DNA of 64,000 nucleotides from Camelus dromedarius (taxonomy: Eukaryota): positions 42,224,001 through 42,288,000 of the forward strand of contig NC_087437.1 in NCBI RefSeq assembly GCF_036321535.1. Direction: 5' to 3'. Position 1 is the first letter of the stretch. Each line of letters opens with the position of its first letter. Position numbers and translations under genes: made by a program. Shown piece by piece: positions 12,861 to 25,345 of this stretch. Below the pieces are notes generated by a model. That model was not told the origin of the DNA and did no database searches. It saw nothing but the letters and a program-made list of their open reading frames with translations.

Positions 12861-13805
12861 TCAAGACAGAAACAGGAGAGGATAATTGAGACTTACAGGG
12901 AGCCAGATACCTAGAGAAACTGAGGAGAGAGGTAGACTAGGGGAGAAGTAGAAAGCCATAGGGAGGGGAGGGGACCCGCGAGAGAGCTCGAATGCACACT
13001 GAGACCCACCCAGCATTTTTACGGTTTGCTTGTGGTTCTGGTCCCTGAGCGAGGCGCCCACCGCCGCCTCACCGCGCCTCCTCCGCCACAGCTTCCTGCC
13101 GATGAGGCTGTAGAGCACAGTGAGGCAGAAGACCGGCAGGAAGAAGAAGACACTGGACACCCACACCATGACTGTGAGCAGTCCGGAGCGCACGGCGAAC
13201 TCGGTGGCGCGGCACTCGTTGGTGTCCCGAGGGTCGGTGCCATTCTCATGCTCCACCCCGACCAGCACGAAGATGGGCCCGGCGCTGCAGAAGGCCACAG
13301 CCCAGATGACCAGGATGACCAGCTTCACCCGGCCCTTAGTGATCACCACCTTGGCCCGCAGCGGGAAGCAGATGGCGAAGTAGCGCTCGACGCTCAGTGC
13401 GGTGATGGTGAGCACCGTGGCGTAGGTGCAGCTCTCGCTGACGAACTGGAAGAGTTTGCAGAGCAGGTCGCCAAAGTTCCAGGGCCGGTACTGCCAGAGG
13501 CGCACAAGGTCGAGGGGCATGCAGAGGAAGATGAGTAGGTCGGAGAAGGCCATGCTGGACAGGTAGAGGTTGGTGGTGGTGCGCAGCTCGCGGAAGCGCG
13601 ACACCACCAGCATGGTGAGCAGGTTACCCGCGATGCCCATCAGGAAGAGCACCACGCAGGTGGCAGTGACGCCGGCCAGCAGCGGAGTGGGGAAGAGCGG
13701 AAGCAACTCGTCTGCCAGCGAGTCGTTGTCAGGGGGAGCATCCCAACTCAGGTCCTGTAACGTGAGGTTGGGCCCTGGCTCTTCACTCGGAGTAGCGTTC
13801 CACAT
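12861..13805 (-). CDS. GHSR: GHSR1b-type intron read-through isoform, 314 aa, 5-TM
   Basis: The exon 1 frame continues into the intron (GGSQCAFELS...) to TGA at 12861. An ATTAAA lies on the minus strand at 12583-12588. Expression cannot be shown from sequence. Confidence 0.6.
   Translation of the reverse strand: MWNATPSEEPGPNLTLQDLSWDAPPDNDSLADELLPLFPTPLLAGVTATCVVLFLMGIAGNLLTMLVVSRFRELRTTTNLYLSSMAFSDLLIFLCMPLDLVRLWQYRPWNFGDLLCKLFQFVSESCTYATVLTITALSVERYFAICFPLRAKVVITKGRVKLVILVIWAVAFCSAGPIFVLVGVEHENGTDPRDTNECRATEFAVRSGLLTVMVWVSSVFFFLPVFCLTVLYSLIGRKLWRRRRGEAAVGASLRDQNHKQTVKMLGGSQCAFELSRGSPPLPMAFYFSPSLPLSSVSLGIWLPVSLNYPLLFLS
13010..13805 (-). CDS. GHSR: Growth hormone secretagogue (ghrelin) receptor, coding exon 1 (TM1-TM5)
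   Basis: ORF MWNATPSEEPGPNLTL...NLYLSSMAFSDLLIFLCMP...ERY...KQTVKML is a class A GPCR recognisable as GHSR. The 796-nt exon ends at donor CTGG|GTGGGT (GT at 13009-13008). Confidence 0.98.
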
Positions 13806-14035
13806 GCTGCGCCGGCTCTGCTTAACTGGCTCTTGGATACTACTGCGCTGAGAAGCTGGATCCGGCTGGTCCTGGAGAAGGTCTTCCTAGGCGCGAGAGA
13901 ATGCGAGGGAGGAGCAGGAGAGGGCTCTCAGGAGTGATGCTTGGAGAGGAAAAAGAGAGAAGTGAGAGGCAGTAGCCGGTTGAGAAGGTGAGACTGAGAG
14001 CCTGGGGCGGGGAGAAGAGAGAATAAGGGAAGCGG

Positions 14036-14085
<50 letters not shown>

Positions 14086-15560
14086 CGGTGGTGAGATGGA
14101 TAGAGTGACCCATTGCTCTTTCTGGCACTTCCTGCTTCCCTGCATCCTCTCCCTCAAGTTCCCCCTTTCCCAGCCCAGACTCTGGCTGCCCTCCACACAG
14201 GTACCAGTCACCAGGGCAGCCCCAGCCCTGTCTCACCTTCCAGTTCTTGCTCCAGTCTCATCTTGCACTTCCCAAAGCGTCCCGGCGCACAGGCACTGCG
14301 GAGATCTCGCGCTATGAAGCTGGAGCGCGAGGAGCTCGCTCCTTAGCCTTTGGTGCTGTCTGGATAGGGTGGCCCAGAAGGGCAGGTAACACCCGGGGAT
14401 GAGGGCGGAGACCATGGGGAGGACACGTTCTATTTGCCAGGACCTGAATTCTTCCTCAACAAGGGGTAGAATTGGCTATGGACCTGGTGGAGGGAAGCGA
14501 CCAAGCACAACCGGGCTTGGAAAAGGGAGGTAGGGAGTTTAAAAAAAAAAAAAAAAAGGATCCTAATGTTTGTTTCCTGACCTGAGAGGAGACTGGTGCG
14601 CACCTGGGAAGAGACTCAGGCAGTCCTAGAACCGATCATCGTGTTAACGAGGAGAAGCAGGCTCAGAGATGTGGGCCACTTGTCCAAGGTCCCACAACGA
14701 GTCGGGGGCTCAGGTACTAGACTTGGATATCTCACCTGGTGGACTTCTGAGAGCAAAGGAGCAAGATGTGTAAATAAATAACGTTCTGAATTCCAGCCTT
14801 TTGTACAGTCCCCCAACTGGGCGGTTGTAGGGGATATGCTGCGTAGGGGATTACTCTTGCCTGCTGCAAACCTCGGGGTAGGAGGAGGGGTCAAAGGGCG
14901 TGCTGGCGGGGGTAGGCGGGGAGCTGGCAAAGGGGAGTGACAGAGGCTGTAAGGCTGGCAGGTCGAGGGTGCGAAGTAAATATTTTTGGAGGTATAGTTC
15001 AGAGAGATCAGCCATTGGACAACCGTTCACTTGGGCAAGGTCATCAACTTCTTTATTTTAAATTTGGTGGATATTGCGAGAACCACTGGGAATGGATGTC
15101 AAGTGTCAGGGACAGAGCTGGAGCTCAGTAAATAAATAAAGGCTAGGTTGCTGTTTTGGGGTTGCTACTGAGGGGCAGGAGCTGAGCCTCCTGGGACTGG
15201 GTCAGAGGCCGCCCCTACGCTTGCGAAGTGACTCTCCTGAACGCGGCGTGTGAGTCCCCTGCTCGGTGCCCTGGAATCAACAACCGAATACGCAAGACTG
15301 GCAGATACCAGCGAATTTACCAACCCACCGACCTCTTCCGACTGGCCAACCTGGTGACAGTCCGGGAGCGTGTTCAGCACCGTGGCCAGCGACCGGCTCC
15401 TCCTATGGGACAGCACAGCTCTCCCGAGCTTCACCTTTTTCAATTCGAGCTTCAGCGCCCCAGTCCTGCTCCAGGAGGGAGCCAGGAGATTCCTCCCGAA
15501 CACAGACCTGTACTAAGCAGTTGCGCTGACCGCACCTATTCACGCTCACTTGCCCGTGGC
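13020..15560. promoter_or_regulatory. CpG-rich region over GHSR exon 1 and promoter
   Basis: Visibly high GC and CpG density at 13020-13900, with patches near 14270-14410 and 15200-15560, against CpG-poor flanks. Not computed. Confidence 0.75.
14041..14082. repeat. (CA)21 microsatellite upstream of the GHSR ATG
   Basis: Read directly; it is (TG)21 on the GHSR sense strand. Confidence 0.97.
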
Positions 15561-16436
15561 CTAAATGAGGATCATTCACTGTGCATGAGAAAGGGCTTTC
15601 CAGAAGCATTTTAGTGAGTTTGTACATGCCTTTTGACAGATGATTTACATCACCATCTAAATTGTTGATGCTTAAAAGTCCACAAAAACCTAAGGCTGGA
15701 TGCATGCACATGTGCATGAAAGATTCCATACACAGTGGCAGACTGCATGAGGAAGTTTGATACAGGCAGCTTACTGGAGAGCATGCTATATAGGTTACTG
15801 CTGCTGTATTACAGGCATAGGACCAAAAATCTATTCAGCTACTGTTAAAAAAAAAAAAAAGGTTACAACTGAGCCAAGTCACCAGTTACTAATAAGGTTT
15901 TGTTTTAATCAACTATTTGACTTCAATATTTCCCACCCCACATTACCAGTAGATTTACATGTGCAGACAAATTTCTAGGGGAAGAAAACAGACTGGGGTA
16001 AATAAAAATACCGTGGGAAGCTATTATCTGAGAATAAGAATCAGGAAGAGATTATGGGGCATATTTCTAGTCCACTGAGTGCTAAAGAAATAGCTGATAG
16101 ATGGGGAAAATCTTCTAAAAATCTATTATGATAATTTTGGTATGTTGGCTAAATTTGCAGGTATTTAACAGCATTCAATTATTTTCTAAAATAACGACAA
16201 ATCTGCATTGTGTGATGAAGAAAAAACGGGATACTATTGAAATTGATTCATTCATTCACAACACCTAATATAATAAAATACATATACACTGCAAGTATGT
16301 GTAAGCACTGGGAATAACAACATAAATAAAACTCAGAAAGGTCCTCTATTTATAAACTCACATTCTGGACAGAAAAATACAGATAAACAAGCAATTCCAG
16401 TACAGTATGATATGTGCACTTAAAGAGGCATGTACA

Positions 16437-17285
16437 TAACAAATGGCCAACAGGCACAAGAAAAAAATGCTCAATATCACTAATTATCAGATAAATGCAA
16501 ATCAAAACTACAATGAGGTATCACCTCACACCAGCCAGAATGGCCATCATTAAAAAGTCCACAAATGATAAATGCTAGAGAGGGTGTGGAGAAAAGGGAA
16601 CCCTCCTACACTGCTGGTAGGAATGCATTTTGGTGCAGCCACTGTGGAAAACAGTATGGAGATTCCTTAAAAAACTAAAAACACTCCTGGGCATATATCC
16701 AGAGGGAACCTTAATTCAAAAAGATACATACACTCCAATGTTCATAGAAGCATTATCTACAATAGCCAAGACACAGAAGCAACCTACCCGCCCATCGATA
16801 TTATATATACACACACACACATATACATGCACACACACATACATATACACATACACACACATACATACACATACGATTGAATACTACTCAGCCATAAAAA
16901 AAAATTAAATAATCACATTTTCAGCAACATGGATGGACTTGGGGATTGTAATGCTAGGTGAAGTAAGCCAGAAAAAGAAAGAAAAATACCATATAAGATA
17001 ACTTATATGTGAATAGTTACCAGGGAGAAAGGGGGGATGTGGAGGGATAAACTGGGAGTTTGAGATTTGCAGATACTAACTACTACATATAAAATAGATA
17101 AAACAACAAGGTTCTACCATATAGCACAGGAAACTATAGTCAACACCTTGTAATAACGTATAATGAAAAAGAATATGAAAAAAATTTATATGTATAACTA
17201 AATCACTATGCTGTACACCAGAAACTAACAGAACACTGTAAACTGACTATACTGCAATTAAAAAAAAAGAAAAAGTAAAAAAAAA
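16437..17285 (+). mobile_element. 5'-truncated LINE-1 inserted into an older L2-like element
   Basis: ORF2 C-terminal remnant ([15 protein letters not shown]) and poly(A) tail. TSD AAAGAGG(C/T)ATGTACA at 16422-16436 and 17286-17300. Confidence 0.9.
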
Positions 17286-18098
17286 AAAGAGGTATGTACA
17301 ATGAGGTCTGTTAGAATATGGAGAAACAATGAACTGCATAGAGGTTTTAGGGAAGGCTTCTCAAAAGGAAGCACCATCTGAGGAAGATCTTGAAAGCTGA
17401 GTTCCATCAGGTGAAGCAGAACATGCTAAATGGTTCAGACAAGGGTGCAAAACCACACTGGAGCATAAGTCCAGCATGCCTTGTCCTTTGACTGGTGTAG
17501 GGAGTATTATTTTGGATTTTTATATGTTCACTGTGTACCAATCAGTTATGGCTATTATTCTTTTTGATGCTCAAATTATCCTATCTTTGACCACTGAGAT
17601 CCCCTTCAAGCTGGCTCCAGAGTCTTTTGACATGACTTGCTTAGATTCTGAGAATTTCCTTGCTTTGTAACACAGTAAGATACCTATTGTTCACCTTGTA
17701 AGTTCCCAACTCTAGACCTGGAAGTAGCCATTTCTCCAAGAATCCCTGGTATCTTATAGTAGGGAATGGCATTTAGAAACTTAAATCTGGGCAGTAGGGG
17801 TGGTTATTGCCCTTGTAGCATTATAGACTAGAGCCTGTCTGTGGACAGAGCTAGGACATATATATATATGTATTTAAAGTAAATGAGATGATGATGGTAA
17901 TATAGTAGATAACTCAAACATTCCTTTAGCAAGTGATCAGAATTAACATCACCAGTGTGATACTCTGGGAGGGGCATAATGTCACTTACATGTATTCCAG
18001 CTAGGAATGTACAACCTCAATCTAACTACAGGAAAACATCAGACAAACTCAAAATGAGGAATATTCTATTTTGAAAATTCTTTTCCCAAATATCAATG

Positions 18099-18099
<1 letters not shown>

Positions 18100-18158
<59 letters not shown>
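18100..18158. repeat. (TA)n microsatellite
   Basis: Read directly, about 29 units. Confidence 0.95.
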
Positions 18159-18165
<7 letters not shown>

Positions 18166-19254
18166 ACATATCATGTATATATGTGATATGATATAATATA
18201 TATATGATAAAGAAAAGCTGTGAAAATACTCCATATATATGATCATATATATACAATAAAGAAAAACTGTGAAAATATTCTAGACTAAAGAAAACAAAAG
18301 AGATATAACAACTAACTGTAATTCTTCATCCCAGACTGGAAGGAAATAACTTCCATGAAGGACAGTATTGGCTTAAGTGACAAACTTAGAATATGGATGA
18401 TAGATTAGATAGCTGTATTGAATCAAAGTTAAGTTTACTGGAGTTGATAACTGTGTTAAAGAAAATATTCTTATTCTTAAAATACAGACTTAACATCATT
18501 TATGCATCTGTTTCAGAAAAATGATTGTGTGTGTACAGATAAATAGAGCCAATGATAAAGAAAATGGAGCAAAGTGATAATAATAAATGAATCTAGGAAA
18601 GGGTTAAAATGATTTACTTTGTGCTATTCTTGCAATTTTTCTTTGTTTGAAATTATTTCCATACAAAAAGATTAAGTAGTCCTAAGTTTATAGAAATACT
18701 TTGGTTCAACTTCCAATTATTTACTTACTGTATTAGATTTTGTATTTATACTGAACATCCTGGTTTCTAACAACATAAACATAGTTATGTTATAGTATGC
18801 ATTAAATAATTTCAAACTAATAACAGCATTACCACTAATAGTAAATTTGACAAATAAAGTTTGAGACTGTCTTGCAGTTCTCTTTGTCCTTAGAATAAAC
18901 CCTACTAAGTGCATATAATTACATGTTCTAAAATTAATTGAAGTAATGTTTTTTATGTGTGATTATGTTACTAATTTGATAAACAGATTTGTTTCAGTCA
19001 CTTTTAATTTTAGGAATTATTTAAAATAAAAATTTTATTTTTAATTTAATTTAAATTTAAAAATTTAAATTCTAGTTTTGAATATACAAAACATTCATGT
19101 GATCTGACAGTTAAAACTTTGAAACAATGTATGGTCAAATTTTAAGTGATAAACCAAAGAATATTCAGGAAAATGCTACATACACACTTTTCATACTTCC
19201 CAATTGACATCATTAAAAAATTAGCTCTGGTTTATCTGTCCTGTGTGTTTCTGT

Positions 19255-19256
<2 letters not shown>

Positions 19257-19312
<56 letters not shown>
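19257..19312. repeat. (GT)n microsatellite
   Basis: Read directly, about 28 units. Confidence 0.95.
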
Positions 19313-19314
<2 letters not shown>

Positions 19315-19629
19315 ATGCAGCCTACACAAAGATAAGATACTATATATTCTGTCCACTATCTTGGTCTATTAACATAACATTGTGTCCTAGAATTCTCTTA
19401 ACATCAATATTCCTTTATTAAATGGTTTTGTAGTACTCCATCTTGAGAAAGTTACATAGTTTGCATCATAGAGATACACCTAAGTTTCATTCAACCAATG
19501 TTTTATCTTTTTTATTTGCTTGTATGCTTTAATAATCTTTTACTGTTATAAATGATGCTGCATTTTATAAGTCTACAGGTACATTACAGAATAACATTAA
19601 AATAAAATTATGGTTTAATAAAAGAAGAA

Positions 19630-20345
19630 TGCCCTCTTCCCAGCCCTGGCAATGATCATCTACTTTCTCTCTCTATGAATTTGACTACTTTAGGTACCCT
19701 TGTCAGTGTTTGTTCTTTTATGATTGAGTTATTTCATTTAGTTTAATATCCTCAAGGTTCACCTATGTTGTAGCATGTGCCAGAATCTCCTTCCTTTTTA
19801 AGCTGAGTAATATTCCATTGTATGTATAATTGACCACATTTTGCTTATCAGTTCATTCATCAATGGACATGTTTACTTCCACCTTCTGGCTATTGGGAAT
19901 CATGCTGCTACAAACATTGGTGTATAAACATTTGTTTGAGCCCCGCTTTCAATTCTTTTAGGTATTTACCCAAAATTGGAGTTGCTGGATCATATAATAG
20001 TTCTATTTTTAATTTTTTAAGGAACTGCTGTATGGTTTTCCACAGGAGCTGCACCATTTTACATTCCTACCAGCAGTGCACAGGGGTTCCAGTTTCGCTA
20101 CATCCTTGCCAACACTTATTCTCCTTTTTTTCTGTTGCAGTTTGTTTTTCTGTTTTGTAATAGTTATCCTAATGTGTGTGAAGTGGTGTTTCATTGTGGT
20201 TTTGATTTGCATTTCCCTAATGGTTAGTGATGCTGAGCATTTTTTCATGTACTTATTGGCTGTTTGAATATATTCTTTGGAGAAACGTCTATTCAAGTCC
20301 TTTGCCCATTTTTTAATCAAGTTGTTTGTTTATTTTTTGTTGAGC
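19630..20345 (-). mobile_element. Older LINE-1 3' fragment
   Basis: ORF2 remnant IKKWAKDLNRRFSKE...REMQIKTTM, followed by L1 3'UTR-type sequence. Confidence 0.85.
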
Positions 20346-21439
20346 TGTCCCATTGACTCTTGAGATTATGTTTTTTCTTATGAATTCATCTAATGATCCT
20401 GAAAGTCTTGGAAAATATATGGAAAGAAGAAAAGTTAGTAAAAAATGGTATTCCATTTAAATGGATATGATTGTAACATCCGGTTCTTTATGTGCAAGGC
20501 AGTTTCCAAGCTTCAACAGATGGCGCAAAGCAATTGTGTTTTACTGATAGAGTTACAACAAATTCCATTAAATTAAAAATCCCACTTAGCAGATGCCTTC
20601 AACAGTTGTTGTCCTCTCTTAGGCTAATCTCTGAAGCAAAGACACTGTGGCTTTTTTTTTTTTTTTTTTTTTTTTTTTGGTATTTGTTGTTTGTCATGTG
20701 TTTGGATTTTTGAAATTTGAGATTTTTTCTACGAAATATTCTATTGGTATTTGGGTGGTAGTTTACTTCAGGAGGGTTGAGAGGTAGGAGGGTGGAGGGA
20801 TAAAAAGGACTTCAATCTCCGACAAAAATGTGGGTTATTAATAAACTAGAGAAGATCTGTAAACAAGACATGAATCTATGAGTTTCTTTATAAAAATGAA
20901 CAACATATCCCAAATCTGTTTTGCTATAGATTGCAATATATATTAATTCTAATGGAAGATAAGTACTATGAATTATTTATCTCATCAAGGTCACTAAAAT
21001 AGGATTCTACCTCTCATTCAAATTTTCTAAAAATCCATAATTATTAAAACTGGTACAGAATACAAAAAAAAATCTATGACTGGGCATTTTAATTTTATTA
21101 GGTCAAGATTCTATTTTTTGCGAGTTTAAGACAACGTATCAAAATATTTCATTCTGTAAAGACTTGCCAAGTGCTTTAGAAAGCAGAATTTTTCCTTTGT
21201 AAAAATCGTGGAATGTTCTTTTTGAGAACACCAGTGAAGAAAGACAATATGGACTGTAAACAGTTCAGGAGAATACAAATAAAACCACCGTTTTATTTGC
21301 CTACCTGATACTTATTACTACAAAGCTCATTATCATATCAAGCTCATCATGATGTCTAAAGCAAATGCATCATTTACAACCCACTGGATGTTCTTAATAT
21401 CCATCCCTTATCTCCATTCTTTAAAATTAAAAATTTTTA

Positions 21440-22565
21440 TATAATTTTTAAGATTACTTTTCATTTACAGTTCTTACAAAATATTGGCTCCCCCTGTTCT
21501 CCATGTTGTACAATACATCTTTGAGCCTGACACATAATAGTTTGTGCCTCCAACTCCCGCAGCCCTATAATGACCCTCCTTCCCCCTCCCCGCTAGTAGT
21601 CCCTAGTTTATTCTCTGTATCTTTGAGTCTGCTTCTTTTTTGTTGTGTTCACTAGTTTGTTGTATTTTTTAGATTCCACATATAAGTGATATACAGTATT
21701 TGTCTTTCTCTGTCTGACTTATTTCACTTAGCATAATGCCCTCCAAGGCCATCTGTGTTGCTGCAAATGGCAAAATTTCATTCTTTTTTTATAGCTGAGC
21801 AGTATTCCATTGGATACATGTCACACCTTGTTTATCCATTCATCTGTTGATGGGCAGTTAGGTTGCTTCCATATCTTGGCAATTGTAAATAATGCTGCTA
21901 TAAATGTTGGGGTGCATGTATCTTTTCAAATTAGTGTTGTTGTTGTTTTTTTTCGGATATATACCCAGGAGTAGAATTTCTGAGTCATATGGTAGTTCTA
22001 GTTTTAGTTTCTTTGAGAAACCTCCGTACTGTTTTCCACAGTGGCTGCACCAATTTACATTTCTACCAGCAGTGCAGGAAGGTTCCCTTTTCTCCACATC
22101 TTTGCCAACATTTGTTATTTGTATTCCTTTTGATGATAGCTATTTAGACAGTGAGAAGTGATACCTCACTGTGGTTTTGATTTACGTTGCCCGGATGATT
22201 AGCGTTGCTGAGCATCTTTTCATGTGCTTGCTGGTCATTTGCATTTCCTCTTTGGAGAAATATCTGTTCAGTTCTTCTGCCCCCAAAATCGGGTTGTGTG
22301 TTTTTTTGATGTTGAGTTGCATGAGCTGTTTATATCTGTTGGATATTGATCCCTTATTTGTCATGTCATTTGCAAATATGTTCTCCCATTCAGGAGGTTG
22401 TCTTTTCGTTTTGTCTGTGGTTCCCTTTGCTGCGCAAAAGCTTTTAAGTTTAATTGGGTCCCATTTGTTTATTTTTGCTTTTATTTCCTTTACTATAGGA
22501 GATGGACCTCCAAAAATATTGCTGCAATTATGTCAAAGAGTATTCTGCCTATGTTTTCCTCCAGG
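21440..22565 (-). mobile_element. LINE-1 3' fragment
   Basis: Frameshifted ORF2 remnants ([30 protein letters not shown]). Confidence 0.88.
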
Positions 22566-24545
22566 TCTCATCTTCATTCTTAATTGCACCATCTAAGTCC
22601 AGTCCCCCACTCAACAACCACAAAAGCAGCAAGTTCTCCTCAGTCTAATTATCCATAAGAATTTGATAAAACTAAACTTCTTCAAAGCTGACTTTCATCT
22701 TGTATCCTTCCTATGTAAAACATTTTTAGTGGCTCATTCTTTAGTCTCACATCAAGTCTTTCAAACTCTGACCTTCTCAAGTTCTTGTAACTTGCCCTGA
22801 CGCTGCCTCCCCGGCAAGGTGTGTTCTTCATGCCATCATGTGTCATCCTCTCCTCCCCTCACTGTCCTGCCTCCTCCTGCCCCTGGCTGCTCTCTCAAAA
22901 TCTTAACCAGCGGAGTTCTGACCCATTTCTTGTTCTCAGTTCCTATGTCCCTCAGAATTTGACCGTCTCAGCTTACTTCCTAATTATGCAGTGTTTCTGT
23001 GATTTCACACTTGTGAGTTGTCTCTTCAATTATATTATAAACTCCTGGAAGCCAGTTGAAGTGTTTCATGGGAAGGCCAGTCAGTTCAGATGTGTTCCCA
23101 GCCACTTCTCACCATATCTTCTGCTAATGCCCTAGTTTGAGCCTCCATAATCCCCTGCCAGAACTACTGCAGTAGCCAAAGGACTGCTCTCCCTCTGTTT
23201 ATTCTTCCCATTCCATGATCATTTTGCCATCTGCAGCCCTGCAATCTTTTGAAAATACAGATCTAATCCTGATGTGCCCCTACTTAAAACCCTTCAAATG
23301 ATCCCCAATTGTTCTTAAGCCCCCAATGGCTGGCATGCTTTTCCAGGATCTCTTGGAAAACAGATTTCCCTGGAATGTAGATTTCAACTTGGAACTCTCT
23401 CCCTCTTACTCTCTGCACCCAGGTCTGTGATCATCTTACAATTCCCCGTAGGGTGGGAGGTTCCCAGGCTTACAAAGATCAGTATTTCTCTCCTACGGTT
23501 CCACTGTTAATTTTGTACTCATTTATGTGGTTATTTGTTTAACATCTACCTCTCCCATTAGATTGTGAAGCTTATGTGAGCAGGGCCCAGGTCTTTTGTA
23601 AGCCACTGTTGCCTGGGACTTAGTAGATGCTCAGTAAATGCTTGTTTAAATGAATGAGTGGTCTTTTTATTAAGGCAGGTCTCTCCAAATCTAGGGCTTC
23701 CTTTTGGATCCCAGTGAGCGTTACTCTCACTCCAGGACAAAGTGAGAATTCAGAACACTGAATCTCCGTACACTGATAGCTATGTTTGGATTTACTCACA
23801 TATAAGTGGTTTACATAAATTATAAAATATAAATATGCATGTAGTTCAGATAGTTTAAGGGATATTTTGCTTTCATTTATTTCATCTGCCAGTTCTATTT
23901 AAGAGGAATATTACTTAGAAAAAAACCTGTACAAATCAAAAACTATGTAAAATTTAAAACACAGGCTACATTGCTTCATGGCAAGAAGGATTTAACTAGT
24001 TCAGATTACAGATTCATTTCAAACTGATAATGTATTGGCAATGCCCTGATCACCATTGGTATTTATCCTCTGTAATGCAGTTACATAACAGAGATAGGTG
24101 TGTAGATTATAGTAACAGTCACCAGAGCCATGGGGCAGTGGTAAATGTTTAACAACCAGATCTCAAGGATAAAAAAAGAAAAAAAACCAAAAAAAAAAAC
24201 AAAAAAAAAAAAACCAACCAGCAACCTCTATTTGAAATGTTTGCCAATTTCTGTGGTGTATCTACTCCCCCCACCATGGGTCAATTTCATGCTACCAAGA
24301 CCCTGAAGGCAGAGTTTGAAAACCATGCTAGCAATTGGCTCTTACAAGTCAGTACAAAGTGGGCCCTGCACACCACTGGCTGGACCCTGTATAAGCAGTG
24401 TAAATCTGTTGGGAAACTCAGAGGCTTGACTTTATGTAGGTATCTTATGTAGATCAGGTGACTTCAATTTGGAAAACTCACAAAGGTAATGGGTAAAATA
24501 CATCTTATCATACAACTATGGATAAGACGAACACAGGTTTCACCC

Positions 24546-25045
24546 TGTAATAGTCAGGATTCTCCAGAGAAACAGAGCCAGTAGGAACACACACACACAC
24601 ACACACAGAATACATATAAATAAGAGAGTGTTAATGATTTACTATTGGCTCATGTAATTATAGAGAATGAGATGTCCCATTACCTGCCATCTGCAAGCTG
24701 GAGGCCCAGGAAAGTCAGTGGTAAAATTCACTCTGAACCTGAAGACCTGGGAACCAGGGGAGCCAATGGCATAAATCCCAACCTGAGGGAAGGAAAAGAC
24801 AAGATGAGATGTCCCAGCTCAATAGTGAGGTGGGAAAAAGGGGTAGATTCCTCCTTCCTCTGCCTTTTGTTCTATTCAGACCCTCAAGGGTTTGGATGAT
24901 GCCCACAAGTATCACAGAGAAATCTTTACTGAGTCCACCAACCCAAATGCTAATCTCACCTAGAAACACCTTCACAGACACCCTAGAAATAATTTAACCT
25001 GGGCTCTCCACGGCCAGGCAAGCTGACACAAAATTAACCACCACA
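24546..25045 (-). mobile_element. MLT2-type (ERVL) solo LTR
   Basis: TG...CA termini with TGTAATAGTCAGGATTCTCCAGAG and AAAATTAACCACCACA ends. Flanks CACCC/CACTC fit a 5-bp TSD with one mismatch. Confidence 0.8.
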
Positions 25046-25134
25046 CACTCCTTCCTTGCATAATAAAACTGAAAGTTGCCATTTTAGAAGGTAGTTTAAA
25101 ACAAATGAAAGGAAGTACTGCAGTTAACTTTAGA

Positions 25135-25345
25135 TCAGAGTGGACAAACTTTTTCTGTAAAGAATCAGAGAGAAAATATTTTAGGCTTTGGAGGCCATTT
25201 GGCCTCTGTCACAACTAAACTGTCATTGTAGCATAAAAGCAGCCATCAACAATACACTAAAAAAAAATAGATGGGGCTGTGTTCCAATAAAACTTCACTT
25301 ACAAAAATATGTGATGGGCCGGATTAGTTTGCTGACCTCTGATCT
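25135..25345. mobile_element. MER58-like hAT MITE
   Basis: CAAACTTTTTCTGTAAAG...GGCTGTGTTCCAATAAAACTT...TAGTTTGCTGACCTCTG. Related copies at ~54930-55360 and ~56222-56580. Confidence 0.65.

Noticed and set aside
12603..12914. 103-aa E/R/K-rich plus-strand ORF in the GHSR intron
   Set aside because: GA-rich low-complexity sequence with a non-ATG start.
13026..13851. Antisense ORFs (170, 87 and 93 aa) over GHSR exon 1
   Set aside because: Expected shadows of a GC3-rich coding exon.
15165..15729. Several overlapping ORFs upstream of GHSR
   Set aside because: GC-rich promoter-flank DNA with no recognisable protein similarity or splice structure.
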